In this document: in pieces, positions 1 to 10,036 of the stretch
Position numbering within the stretch: position 1 is the first letter of the stretch
How the letters are laid out: every line of letters starts with the position of its first letter
IMG/VR virus record: IMGVR_UViG_3300032323_000939
Coordinates: 31,506-95,505 of that record
Strand: one strand, 5' to 3'
From: a virus
Length of the DNA stretch: 64,000 bases
Program-made: the position numbers and the translations under genes
The notes under the pieces: model-generated
The model's database searches: none
Seen by the model: only the letters and a program-made list of their open reading frames with translations
Told to the model about the DNA's origin: nothing

Positions 1-70
1 AACGGGTCAGCAACCGCAACTGCTAAATCTACCCATTCTGAGCCAGTGTAAACTTGTGCTGACTTGTAGG

Positions 71-724
71 TCATACTGCGCCTCCCATAAGAATTAATAT
101 TGGGTCTACCTCTGGAACGTAAGGACTTACCCAAGCAGTATCATAATCACTGCTAGAACTCTTTGCTAGTAATTGACCAGATTCTCCACCTGATGGAAGA
201 CCTGATGAAGTTGTTAGTTGTGCGACATTTGATGTTGAATCAACCCAGATAGTTCCTGCTGGAACAGACGATGGTTGAGATGATGCGTAAACAATTGGAA
301 CTAATTTCTTATCACTTGTGTAGATTTCGCCAGCAGCATCTACCTTGGATATTACAGTTCCTGCTGAAGTTTGAAATTCAACTAGGTTTGCTGTTTGACT
401 AGATGCGCCCTTTACAATTAATCCCTTTATTGCGGCGCCAGAGGCCACAATACTTGAGCCACCACTGCGTGACACATAGTCATCATAGACATCTTTAATG
501 CCATACTCCATATTTGCAAGACGATCTTTTAAGGTGTTCCAGTTTGTAGTGACTACATCAAAAACACCAACCCAACCAGAGCCAGTCTTGATAAATGTTC
601 CTAGGTTTGCCTGTAAGGAGTTAACCTCTTCTTGAAGGCTATTTACGTGTTCGGCAAGTACAGTGTCAGTAAAGTCGACCTTTGTAGTAAAGGACTTTAC
701 CGATGCGGGATATGATGCTGTCAC
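71..724 (-). CDS. virion structural / tail-fibre-associated protein
   Basis: 217 aa, downstream of baseplate genes; C-terminal 'LPSGGESGQLLAKSSSSDYDTAW' motif typical of phage fibre proteins. Confidence 0.55.
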   Translation of the reverse strand: MTASYPASVKSFTTKVDFTDTVLAEHVNSLQEEVNSLQANLGTFIKTGSGWVGVFDVVTTNWNTLKDRLANMEYGIKDVYDDYVSRSGGSSIVASGAAIKGLIVKGASSQTANLVEFQTSAGTVISKVDAAGEIYTSDKKLVPIVYASSQPSSVPAGTIWVDSTSNVAQLTTSSGLPSGGESGQLLAKSSSSDYDTAWVSPYVPEVDPILILMGGAV

Positions 725-789
725 TTAACTTCCTCTCAGACCTATCGGTCTATTTTCTCTTGTTTGCCCCTTATTTACTTCCTGAACTC

Positions 790-1491
790 CTATGCGATCT
801 GATTAACCGTCAAAATAATAGATGGGATTCCTGGTCTAGTTGGGCTAGTTTGAGCGCCCTCTGCGTAAAGTCTCATGTCTGTATCTGCGGAGGACCAGTT
901 TATTTGAAAATAATCTTTAGCCTTTGCCTTAACGAACCAGTTCCAAGCAGCAACCATTTTCATATTGTTTTTATCAAGTTCAATTCTAGTATTTGAATTT
1001 GGAACATTTGTTCCATTTTTAGAGATCCAAACATCAGCATTGTCATTTCCAGAGTCGGTCTTATCAAATTGAGCAGAAAATTGAATGTTATAGGTTCCAG
1101 AAAATTCAAGAGTTATTCTTGAAGAACTAACTATAGAGACACCCTGGGTTATATCAGTGTTGTTAAATGTCATTATATTTCTAGAGGTAGCACCAGCGTT
1201 AGTCTGTATCTGTGTGCTGTAAAAAGAACCATGAGAAAACATTCCTTGAGGAGTGCCACCAAATTCCCCAATCCATACTGGATAATCTGGGTCCCCACCA
1301 ATATAAAATACGTAGACTCCAGAACCTACTTTTGGCGGTCTTTTTGTAGAGAGTACAGGCCAAATCCAATCAGTTGTTTCTGTATCAGTAATTTGATTTA
1401 TAGAAACTTTAATTCTACGTAAATTTTGTGGGTCTTTTATGTTTTTTACAACAGCCCTATAAATTCCGTAATAACGTTTTACGGGGTCCAT
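790..1491 (-). CDS. baseplate spike protein (gp5/gpV-like OB-fold N-terminus, C1q-like C-terminus)
   Basis: 'YRAVVKNIKDPQNLRRIKV...W.WP...P.VG..VYV.YIGGDPDYPVWIG' gp5 OB signature. Confidence 0.75.
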   Translation of the reverse strand: MDPVKRYYGIYRAVVKNIKDPQNLRRIKVSINQITDTETTDWIWPVLSTKRPPKVGSGVYVFYIGGDPDYPVWIGEFGGTPQGMFSHGSFYSTQIQTNAGATSRNIMTFNNTDITQGVSIVSSSRITLEFSGTYNIQFSAQFDKTDSGNDNADVWISKNGTNVPNSNTRIELDKNNMKMVAAWNWFVKAKAKDYFQINWSSADTDMRLYAEGAQTSPTRPGIPSIILTVNQIA

Positions 1492-3047
1492 TACGCCTCA
1501 CTAAGGTTTATGTTCTCTTCTTTAATGCGGAAAATTTCTCCAGCACTTCCAGTTAGAGTTGTAAGCCCACTGTCACCCTCTTCATGCAAGGCAGTAACAT
1601 TAACGGTTTTTACTCCTGGTGCCTGTTGAAGAACAAACTCAATATCTACTGGATAGATTGTGTCTTGAAATTGCATTCCGTTATATCCAAATCCAGTAAG
1701 CAATGCTATTTTTAAGTTTTCCTCAACTTCAGCAACTGTGTACTGATCTAATTTTACGTATGAAAAAGTAATTACAACATCTACATAGGTAGGTGGTTGA
1801 ATGGTAACTGTTGTTCCAATTAAAACCTTATCAGACAGTGTTTCCTCTACTTCTTCTTTTATTCTTTCATATTCAGCGGTAGGGTCTCCATTATCATCTA
1901 ACCCAGGAGCCAGGTCGGTATCTAACGCAGTCCTACTTGGGGCAATATAGACAGTAACTGATGTCCAGACAGCCGCTGTCGCATTTGCTTTCCCTACCCC
2001 ACTTGCTGATAGAGATAGATCTGAAAAATCTTTTAATGTTACCGCTCTATTTCCAGAGCGCAAAGAGGCAGGAGCAGCAATTCTAATTTGTTGATCGCTC
2101 TCTGGATCAGATCCTCCAACACCAGTTGTAGCATTTGTAACTGTTACAGAACCTTGTAATGCTGTAAGTTGTGCCTCTGATAGCCCGTCAACATAGGTAA
2201 TAGTATCTATGACACTTGCTACAATATTTCCAACAGTTCCTCCACCAATAATATATTTTGCTCTTATCTCTGAGAATGAAGTTGGAATAACTCCAGATAC
2301 TCCATCACCAAAATTTATTGTGACGACGTTGTTTTCATCAACAAAGACCGTGTACACAAGATCAGTTGAACTGTAATCAATTAGATGCTGTACCTCAGTC
2401 CACTTAGAGTATATGTCGCCATCTTGAATGTAGATCTCAATTGATCCGTCTACCACTGGGGTTTCCCCTAATTCAAAAGACATATTAGGAGAACCATTAG
2501 ATGTGCCAATTAACTCTCCGTATGCATTTGTTCCCTCAGCAATTAGTGTCACTGATTGTCCATGAGAAGCACTGACCGTGTCTTCTCCAGGAACCTCATC
2601 TACAGCAGCAGGAATAGTTGCTTCTACGTTAGTTGTAAAGTAAAGGGTTTCAACAGTGTCGGCAGTCCTGACATCTCCAGCCACAACACTGCCTGCAGGT
2701 ATTGTTACGGTTGCGTCAGATGCGTTAAAGAAAGTTACATCAACTGTTGCTTGTCTATAGCCAGCAGGAACATATCCATATGTCTGGGCAATATTTAAAA
2801 GGCTGTCTCTTTGCGTAGCGGTTTCAATAAACGCTTCATTTGCTGTTCTATCAATATAGAAAGAAACCATGTCTCCTAGATATGCAAACGCTTCAACTAG
2901 AGCAACACCAAAGTCTGCTGGATCTGCTGCTGTCCAGTTTGGTACTCTCTCTTGGATACGAGTAATTAAGACCTCACGTAAAGAGTAATAATCTCTTCCT
3001 GTGTAATCAATAGAGATAGGGATATTTGATACAGGCGTTACTGTCAT
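1491..3047 (-). CDS. baseplate wedge protein (baseplate J / gp6-like)
   Basis: 'IDYTGRDYYSLR', 'DFGVALVEAFAY', 'FGDGVSG', 'GGSDPES...RAVTLKDF' motifs. Confidence 0.9.
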   Translation of the reverse strand: MTVTPVSNIPISIDYTGRDYYSLREVLITRIQERVPNWTAADPADFGVALVEAFAYLGDMVSFYIDRTANEAFIETATQRDSLLNIAQTYGYVPAGYRQATVDVTFFNASDATVTIPAGSVVAGDVRTADTVETLYFTTNVEATIPAAVDEVPGEDTVSASHGQSVTLIAEGTNAYGELIGTSNGSPNMSFELGETPVVDGSIEIYIQDGDIYSKWTEVQHLIDYSSTDLVYTVFVDENNVVTINFGDGVSGVIPTSFSEIRAKYIIGGGTVGNIVASVIDTITYVDGLSEAQLTALQGSVTVTNATTGVGGSDPESDQQIRIAAPASLRSGNRAVTLKDFSDLSLSASGVGKANATAAVWTSVTVYIAPSRTALDTDLAPGLDDNGDPTAEYERIKEEVEETLSDKVLIGTTVTIQPPTYVDVVITFSYVKLDQYTVAEVEENLKIALLTGFGYNGMQFQDTIYPVDIEFVLQQAPGVKTVNVTALHEEGDSGLTTLTGSAGEIFRIKEENINLSEA

Positions 3048-3445
3048 AACAACTCCTCATAAATTGGTTTAGCACCGTCAATAAGAACCAAACCAACTAT
3101 GGTGCTAACTACTTCGTTGTTTGGCAATCCGTATACGACCTCTATGTTCAAAACATTAGTGTACTCATCTGACGTTACATTAACTTTTTCTAGAGTAAGG
3201 AGTTGAAGTTGCTCTCCAAATGCCTTGTTAACTTCAGCCCTAATTTCTGCAACCGCAGACTCCTCAGAGTTAAATAGTGAGAATGGAATAATTGTGCCTA
3301 GAGTTGGGCGCATTACTCTCTCTCTTAAAGTTGTGCCTAAAACAGAACGAACTCTGTCAGCCCACAACTTAGATTGCTCTGTAGTAACTCCAACAGATCC
3401 ATATGGATCAATAGAGAAAGGTAATGAGATAGAGGCTTCAGCCAT
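3044..3445 (-). CDS. baseplate gp25/GPW-like protein
   Basis: 'VLGTTLRERVMRPTLG' gp25 motif; lies before baseplate J. Confidence 0.85.
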   Translation of the reverse strand: MAEASISLPFSIDPYGSVGVTTEQSKLWADRVRSVLGTTLRERVMRPTLGTIIPFSLFNSEESAVAEIRAEVNKAFGEQLQLLTLEKVNVTSDEYTNVLNIEVVYGLPNNEVVSTIVGLVLIDGAKPIYEELL

Positions 3446-4701
3446 TATTTACCCTTCCATGTTCTTGGTGTTACTTTATACCCAACAATATTTTGACTAA
3501 CAATAGTTGTAGGAGCACTTAGTTTAGTCGAGGTTGGCTTCCTTTTGTTGGCGGTAACTAACTCTTTCTTTACATTCCTAACAGGAATTGAGCCAGCGGT
3601 TGAGGGCCTGTACGCACTCGGCTTATTTTTTCCAACGCCATCTGTTGCACAGGTAAATTCCACCTGATATCTACCATCAATATGGAGGAAGTGTTCAACT
3701 TGCTTTATAATCCAAAAGCCATCACTTGTATCTCCAGTGCCTCTAACCTCAATAGTTCTCCAAGGAGCAATTCTTGGGTCTCCTTGTCCAATTCCCTTTG
3801 CTGGTATAGATAGCCTTGCCATCTGTGCTCTCGCTTCAGATAGATACTTAGACATATCCTTACTTGCAATAACTGTAGATGTTTCAATACTAGAAAATAA
3901 TGGTGCCTTTGTATTTTCTCTGAAGTTCTTTCCCACCGTATTAGGAGAAGAACTAGATTTATAGACTTTTCCAGAGATTGGGTCTACACCTCCAACAGTA
4001 TTACCTGTTCTAGAGTAGTCATTGGTCTCAATATAGTCTCCAATTTTAGGCTCAAACATATCTAGGGTTGGTGCATTGTAGACGCTCATAGGACTCTGTA
4101 GTGGGTTCTTAAAAGACATTACTGGGATAGTTGTCATAAATAAATTTACCATTTCATCTATTGGATGAAAGTGAAGTTCAGTTCCTATTACTTGAACACC
4201 GTATCCGATGCGATTGGCTAACTCATTTAACTTTTCCCAATATGAATGACCAGCCAATGATTGTTGAGTAAACCGTATTGGACTAGGTGTTACGAACGGC
4301 TTTAGTTTTACTCTTTTAGCAATGTCTAATGCAATATCAGATGCGGTTTTATTTATCCAGATCTTAGAGGTTCTTTCTTTTAAGGGATATGAAGCACCAA
4401 TAACCGTAACCTTGATTCCCCGCTCAATCTTTTGAACTGTTGGATAAGAAACATCAACAGCATACCCATAAAACTTCTCAGACATTTTGTCATTACTCCA
4501 AAGAATTTCTACAGGAACTCCTGTTTTCAAACCTCTAATGATGGCTGAACTAATTCTTGAATAGTATAATTCAACTATATCGTGTTTCCCTATTTCTTGA
4601 TTTATAGTAATACTACGGACAGGTAGGTTTACTCCAGGAAAATCTGGATAAGTTACTTTAAAAGAACTTCCAAATCTATTTTGACGTAAAGGATCACGCA
4701 T
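3445..4701 (-). CDS. baseplate hub protein (late control D / gp27-like)
   Basis: 418 aa; 'TASDIALDIAK', 'QQSLAGHSYWEKLNELANRIG', 'GDPRIAP...GFWIIKQVEH'; synteny. Confidence 0.75.
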   Translation of the reverse strand: MRDPLRQNRFGSSFKVTYPDFPGVNLPVRSITINQEIGKHDIVELYYSRISSAIIRGLKTGVPVEILWSNDKMSEKFYGYAVDVSYPTVQKIERGIKVTVIGASYPLKERTSKIWINKTASDIALDIAKRVKLKPFVTPSPIRFTQQSLAGHSYWEKLNELANRIGYGVQVIGTELHFHPIDEMVNLFMTTIPVMSFKNPLQSPMSVYNAPTLDMFEPKIGDYIETNDYSRTGNTVGGVDPISGKVYKSSSSPNTVGKNFRENTKAPLFSSIETSTVIASKDMSKYLSEARAQMARLSIPAKGIGQGDPRIAPWRTIEVRGTGDTSDGFWIIKQVEHFLHIDGRYQVEFTCATDGVGKNKPSAYRPSTAGSIPVRNVKKELVTANKRKPTSTKLSAPTTIVSQNIVGYKVTPRTWKGK

Positions 4702-4969
4702 CTGGAATTCTTAACTGTGTGCCAGCAGGAATACTGGTTGGATCTAGTATCTCTGGATTAATGTCTAATATTTCCCACCACATCGACGGATCACCCAGGT
4801 ATCTTGATGCTAGGTTATCTAGCCGATCTGTTTCTGTAAATTCATATATAAAGAAAGACTGGACATAAGTTGGTTGCTCTCTAAATACGGATAAGTCATA
4901 CTGTCTTTTACGAGCATTCCACGCCTTAAAGATACGGCCATCTGCATAACGACTGTCTAAAAATATCAT
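4694..4969 (-). CDS. LysM/gpX-like baseplate protein
   Basis: 'DRLDNLASRYLGDPSMWWEILDINPEILDP..IPAGTQLRIP'. Confidence 0.85.
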   Translation of the reverse strand: MIFLDSRYADGRIFKAWNARKRQYDLSVFREQPTYVQSFFIYEFTETDRLDNLASRYLGDPSMWWEILDINPEILDPTSIPAGTQLRIPDA

Positions 4970-4976
4970 TGTCTAG

Positions 4977-6332
4977 TTACTCCTCTGTCGCTGAATCGTA
5001 GAATCGGTGGCACGTTATATCCACAGAAGAAATAATTGGAACCATTCTGTCGTTGAATATTAAGTGCTTAACTTCTAAAGAACCAATTCTTACTAAGTAT
5101 CTAAGGCCATCTCCTAAATGAAGTTCTATAGGCAATCCGTTTAACCAACCCTTATCTGCTGTCCTACCATTTAATCCAGAATCATATGTAGAGTTTAATC
5201 CCATAAGTGTTTTGAACAGGTACTCCATGTCGTACATGGTTCCTCTTCTATAGATTTCCTGTAAGTCACTAGTAGCAACAGTAAACGGATATGGGTCTTT
5301 AACTCCCGCTATTAACCCATTTGAGTTTAAGTAAGACATATCATTTGTTCTATTTAAAAGCACAGTAAAAGAGATAGTGCTGTTTAATAAACCTAAACTT
5401 ACTGGAGTAGATTTGTCTAGTCCGCTTTGCACAACTTCCCAGTTAACACCAGTTGCAATACCCCAAGTCATACCAACTTCTTTAGGGTTGTATAAAAATT
5501 TAAAGCCGTATAACTGGTCATCGTAATCTGCTTGTCTTCCAGTAGTAGATCCGTACAAACTTGTTAAAAATGCTCTACTCATTTGAATAGTGCCTTTTGC
5601 GCCAGTAACTCCCTTCCAAGCATTTTCTGCTCTCTCGTAATTACCTGGATCAGAAATTGTTCTTAAAGTATTTTGTTGTTGTGGGCTTGCATTAACTACA
5701 GATGTACCATCTGCATTGGTTACTGTAATGCCAGGAGTTAGATACGAAGTTCTAGTCATTGGAGCGTTGTACTTATATACAACTGGTGCAGGCGCAGCGT
5801 TCTTTACTACAGGTGAACCAGACGGCTTCTTTGTTGTTTTTTTAGTGGTTTTAGTTTCTTTACTAACCTTTACTTGATCTTTAGCATCTTTTGTAGCGCC
5901 CTCAATAATTGTTTTTTGAATTGATAGTCTTGTATTGTAAGCATTTGTGTATGCGGTAGTTAATGAGTTTACTTGAGCCTGTAATGGAGATACGTTTAAT
6001 CCAAAATAAGCATTGATAGCGTTCTGTTCACCTACAGTAATGGTGGTGCCTCCAGGAGATCCTGGTTGTATAGCAGCAACCTTTAAATTATCAAGTTCTG
6101 TTTTTGCTGTTGCTAAAAGTTTTTCTGCAGAAAGTTTCTGTGCTTTAAAAGAGTTCTCAACTTGTACAATATACTGAAGTCGTTGCTGAGTTTTTGCTCG
6201 TGCCGCTGCGGCAGCCTTTACTTCTTTTTCTTTTGCTCTTGCATTTGCTTGAGCCTCAAGTTGAGCCGCATAGGCTGCGCCAATGTTTGCTGGTCTAGAA
6301 AATGCATTAGGATTTCCGTGTTCGCCAGCCAT
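4977..6332 (-). CDS. tail/baseplate protein (tube-initiator-like C-terminal domain)
   Basis: between tape measure and LysM protein; 'FKFLYNPKEV...FNDRMVPIIS.V.I' C-terminal domain. Confidence 0.55.
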   Translation of the reverse strand: MAGEHGNPNAFSRPANIGAAYAAQLEAQANARAKEKEVKAAAAARAKTQQRLQYIVQVENSFKAQKLSAEKLLATAKTELDNLKVAAIQPGSPGGTTITVGEQNAINAYFGLNVSPLQAQVNSLTTAYTNAYNTRLSIQKTIIEGATKDAKDQVKVSKETKTTKKTTKKPSGSPVVKNAAPAPVVYKYNAPMTRTSYLTPGITVTNADGTSVVNASPQQQNTLRTISDPGNYERAENAWKGVTGAKGTIQMSRAFLTSLYGSTTGRQADYDDQLYGFKFLYNPKEVGMTWGIATGVNWEVVQSGLDKSTPVSLGLLNSTISFTVLLNRTNDMSYLNSNGLIAGVKDPYPFTVATSDLQEIYRRGTMYDMEYLFKTLMGLNSTYDSGLNGRTADKGWLNGLPIELHLGDGLRYLVRIGSLEVKHLIFNDRMVPIISSVDITCHRFYDSATEE

Positions 6333-8410
6333 TATTTACTCCCAACTGTATTAAGTGCTCTATCTTTTAACAGGATGTCTCTTACTCTCTTTGCAAAGGC
6401 AATTGCTTCTGCATCAGATGCCTTATCAATTGTTAAAGTAATGTTCACTGTTTGTCCGCTACCCATTGGTGCATTACTACCAGTGTTATTAGCACTATAA
6501 CCTGGGATAGTTGTTCCCCAAGGAGAAGCGTTTACTGCGCCAAGGACTGCGGCAGTACTTGTTCCTTGTTTTAATGCTGCAAGGATATTACTGTATCTTC
6601 CATTTTGCAGCGTTTGAACAGTTGCAGATAATCCAGCATCATAACTTGCGTATTTTTGTACGCCAACAGAGTTCATACTTCCAGTTGAACCGCTTGTCCT
6701 TAACGTAGTGTTTAATGGATTAAACATCGCACTGTTTATACCAAGACCAGTTGACTTACCGCCACCGCCACCTTCAAACTTCATCCAAGTAGTCATAGCA
6801 GCAATATTGCTATCGGTTATTGGCGCATTAATTCTAGATAATAAATCAGTTGCAAATTGTGTCTCTGTTGCATTTCCACTTATTACTGGTGCATTCTTTG
6901 TTGAGGTCATTGATTGAACTGCTTTTGTTCCAAGATAACCTAGACCTGTAAGAACTCCACCAGCAATTGCACCTGGTACAGCACCAACACCACCAGCAAA
7001 TGAACCAGCAATACCACCAGCAGCAGCGCCAATACCAACACTACTTAAGAATCCCTGACCACTAGCAGCACCTACAACGCCTCCAACAATAGGTACGGCT
7101 CTTCCAAGAGCCATTGCACCACCTCTAACAGCAACACCTCCCGCTGTTTGTGCAGCAGTCTGTGCAACTGTTGTAGCAGCCACTTGTCCAGCACCTCTAG
7201 CCGCCATTGCGATCCCTGCTTTAGCCAACGCTGCACGAGCACCAGCAGCAACGGCAATTGTGCCTGCTGCTCCAGCAATACCGCCAAGCACTCCGCTTAC
7301 ACCAGCGCCAGGACCTGAACTTGAGAATGCTTGTAACGCACCTTTTAATTCAAAAAATTTATCAGGCAATCCCTCTAATGATTTATTTAATTTTGTTATT
7401 AAATCTGCTGCGCCACCAAGACCACGCAGTTGTGCCTCTGTTCCACGTTCCATTAAAGATGTTGCCGAAGTATTCATCTGGTAAATACCCATACTTGGGT
7501 TATCAGCACCAGACATGTTTGCTAAATCAAAGCCCTGTCCTTGACTAAAGGCGGTGAATGCCCTAACCATTAATTCTTTTTGATTTGTATCAAATCCTAG
7601 GTTTGTAAGTTCAGCACCAGCAAAGCCCTCTCGAACTGAGACCGCAATATCTCTCGCAGTTAATCCTTGTTGATTTCTAAATAAACGTCTGTAAAGTTGT
7701 CTAGCAATATCTTCAGTACTTCTAATTTCTCCAGTCTTTGTATTGATTGTACTTATACCTAATTGATAAAGATTCCCACCCATTGCTCCAGTGTGTAATC
7801 CACCAATTGCTGCAGCCGCAGTTGCATTAGGCATATTAAATCCACGAGCAGCGCCACCAACTTCTCCCATAGCCTGAGTGAATGACGCTGTTCCAGGAAG
7901 TATGTTGTAACCCTGAGCAAGCATTGCAGCGGCTGCTGCATCTTCTCCCATGCCAGTAATGCCACCCCTAAGAGCACCAAATGTTGCTGCTGCTAAGCCA
8001 GCACGAGTCATTCCTGGTGCACGAGTGGCTGCTCCATAGAAACCAGAAGCACGAGATACAGTCATTCCTAAATCTGGAAGTGCGGCATAAGCACCGCCTG
8101 CAAGACCTAAGCCAAGTTGAATACCACCAATAGTCGCTGCGCCAGTTTTAGAGTATGCCCAAGGCATAGCATTTTGAGCACCACCAGTAGTTGAGGAGAA
8201 GGTGGCATTACTTGTTCCCAAGTTCATGCCAGGGCTTTGTCCCATGTTCATACCTAGGACCTGTTTTACACTGCCAAGAGTTGTACCAGCAAGGCCAGTT
8301 ACTTTTTTTAAACCTTCGACAAGTTTATCTACTTGAGAGTTTAAACCCTTTAAACCTTTTTCAACATTGGAAATAGAACTAACGGGATCGTTATTGCCAA
8401 TACTAACCAT
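6332..8410 (-). CDS. tape measure protein with C-terminal lysozyme-like domain
   Basis: Ala/Gly-rich helical protein after the tail chaperones; 'W...EGG...FNPLNTT...GVQKYAS..GL.ATV.TL.NGRY' hydrolase-like tail; start moved to ATG 8410 behind an AAGGAG RBS. Confidence 0.8.
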   Translation of the reverse strand: MVSIGNNDPVSSISNVEKGLKGLNSQVDKLVEGLKKVTGLAGTTLGSVKQVLGMNMGQSPGMNLGTSNATFSSTTGGAQNAMPWAYSKTGAATIGGIQLGLGLAGGAYAALPDLGMTVSRASGFYGAATRAPGMTRAGLAAATFGALRGGITGMGEDAAAAAMLAQGYNILPGTASFTQAMGEVGGAARGFNMPNATAAAAIGGLHTGAMGGNLYQLGISTINTKTGEIRSTEDIARQLYRRLFRNQQGLTARDIAVSVREGFAGAELTNLGFDTNQKELMVRAFTAFSQGQGFDLANMSGADNPSMGIYQMNTSATSLMERGTEAQLRGLGGAADLITKLNKSLEGLPDKFFELKGALQAFSSSGPGAGVSGVLGGIAGAAGTIAVAAGARAALAKAGIAMAARGAGQVAATTVAQTAAQTAGGVAVRGGAMALGRAVPIVGGVVGAASGQGFLSSVGIGAAAGGIAGSFAGGVGAVPGAIAGGVLTGLGYLGTKAVQSMTSTKNAPVISGNATETQFATDLLSRINAPITDSNIAAMTTWMKFEGGGGGKSTGLGINSAMFNPLNTTLRTSGSTGSMNSVGVQKYASYDAGLSATVQTLQNGRYSNILAALKQGTSTAAVLGAVNASPWGTTIPGYSANNTGSNAPMGSGQTVNITLTIDKASDAEAIAFAKRVRDILLKDRALNTVGSK

Positions 8411-8546
8411 CAGTACTCCTTCCATATCTATTCTTGGCTATCTCTAACCAGTTATTTCTTTCTCTTTTAGACAAAATCTTTATGTCTTCTAGAGTCCAAC
8501 CTTCGTACAAGTGCGTTAATGCTGCCCACTCAGAGAATAGGCGCAT
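8403..8546 (-). CDS. tail assembly chaperone, downstream (GT/E'-like) segment, 47 aa
   Basis: translated by hand: MRLFSEWAALTHLYEGWTLEDIKILSKRERNNWLEIAKNRYGRSTDG; GW..E/D I..L...ER..W pattern; +1 frame relative to the upstream chaperone. Confidence 0.7.
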   Translation of the reverse strand: MRLFSEWAALTHLYEGWTLEDIKILSKRERNNWLEIAKNRYGRSTDG

Positions 8547-8559
8547 GTAGTGCGTTACG

Positions 8560-9369
8560 CTAGAACCGAAATAATGATCCTAAATTAATAGGAACCAGTA
8601 CCTCACTTTCACAATTTGGACATGTAACAGTGACGTCGTCAAATTGTGGACCTGGCGCTCTGTGGTTTATTTCATCGATAATTGCTCTGCGATCTGAAAC
8701 ACTAAGTGTTTGAACCTGTGCCTTGCTAAACACTGGAGACTCGCCAATTCTAACAACGGTATTTTCTAAAATAATTGTGCTTAATTCGGCAGATGTCTTT
8801 TCCATATTATTAATCATTTCTTTTTGAACAACTCCATTTGGCAGTTTTACAACGTACTCAACAGACTTGCCCTTTACAGTAAAGACACGATCATTAACTG
8901 GATCAGTTAATACCTTAAACTTTATATCTGTATCAATATCTACCTGAACAATCTTTTGATCAGAGCAGCCATTACAGTAAGCAGGTACTTCAACCTTTTG
9001 ACCAAATGTATTCTTTAAAATCCCAAGTAAAATTGCATCTCTATCACCAATTAATAACTGGTCTAGTAGGCGTTCATCCGCTTGTTCATCTCCAACCTTG
9101 ACCGTTCCACGGTTAAGAATTGTCATGATTGCTTTTCCTAAATTTGTTGCTTTTGATATTGCCTCTTCATCTCTACCGTTAAGTTCACGAACTTCAACAG
9201 TTTTGATAACCTCCCCAGCGGCGTTTATATAGCCACCAGGAAGGTTTACAGTTGTGTCCGAAGGAAGGACAATATCTGGAGCAAGTTCCTTTGGCTCTTC
9301 TTTTAGAGCCTTTGTTAAGAGTTCGTTTGCCAATGCGGGATTAGCCGCTGCATTAATTGTGTTCGACAT
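8560..9369 (-). CDS. tail assembly chaperone / T4 gp26-like hub assembly protein
   Basis: 'VRELNGRDEE', 'LLIGDRDAILL', two CxxC pairs; between tube and tape measure. Confidence 0.75.
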   Translation of the reverse strand: MSNTINAAANPALANELLTKALKEEPKELAPDIVLPSDTTVNLPGGYINAAGEVIKTVEVRELNGRDEEAISKATNLGKAIMTILNRGTVKVGDEQADERLLDQLLIGDRDAILLGILKNTFGQKVEVPAYCNGCSDQKIVQVDIDTDIKFKVLTDPVNDRVFTVKGKSVEYVVKLPNGVVQKEMINNMEKTSAELSTIILENTVVRIGESPVFSKAQVQTLSVSDRRAIIDEINHRAPGPQFDDVTVTCPNCESEVLVPINLGSLFRF

Positions 9370-9386
9370 TATTTTCCTTTGTTAGA

Positions 9387-10016
9387 TTATGCTGGGAATG
9401 CTGCTGCTGAAGTAGTTAAGTTTGTTGCCCAGTTAACATCAAAGCCCTCATGGACTAGTGTCATTTGTTCAACAAACAGAGCGTTGTCTCCAGCATTTAG
9501 ATCAGAGTATGCCACAGAAGTTGGCCAGCAGTTATACACGTTAAAGCGCATCGCTACGTGGTCTGTGTCTGCTGGAGTATTACTGTCTGGAGTAGAACCT
9601 GGAATTGGGTGAGACAAAACTGCAATCTCTAGTTCGCAACGGAAATTCTCACCACGAGCACGGGTTGAACCTCCACCTTGAACTGTTGCAAACAAGTTTC
9701 TCATCCACTCCCAGTTTTGATTTGTTCCAAGAATTACACCACGTTGCAGTGTGATAGGAGCAAATGTAGTTTGTCCTGGAATCTGGTGAACGGTTGTGTT
9801 GTATCCACCTTCACGGTAAGGAATAGAGTCTGTTGTAACAGCCATTCCTGATATAGATGTAAAGCCTAGAGTTGCAGTTCCCAAGTTCTTTGTTGCAGTA
9901 CTTGTAGCCGCAGCACCAGTTGCTGTACTTGTTAATGGTTTAAACGTAACTAAAAATCTAAAGTTACGTAATGGATCGGTAATTAATGATGACCGATTGT
10001 TAATGATTGTAGGCAT
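9387..10016 (-). CDS. tail tube protein (T4 gp19-like)
   Basis: 'DPLRNFRFLV', 'IPYREGG...HQIPG...PITLQRGV', 'NCWPT...SDLNA...VEQMTLVHEG'. Confidence 0.93.
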   Translation of the reverse strand: MPTIINNRSSLITDPLRNFRFLVTFKPLTSTATGAAATSTATKNLGTATLGFTSISGMAVTTDSIPYREGGYNTTVHQIPGQTTFAPITLQRGVILGTNQNWEWMRNLFATVQGGGSTRARGENFRCELEIAVLSHPIPGSTPDSNTPADTDHVAMRFNVYNCWPTSVAYSDLNAGDNALFVEQMTLVHEGFDVNWATNLTTSAAAFPA

Positions 10017-10036
10017 TTATTTATTTCTCCTTCGGA

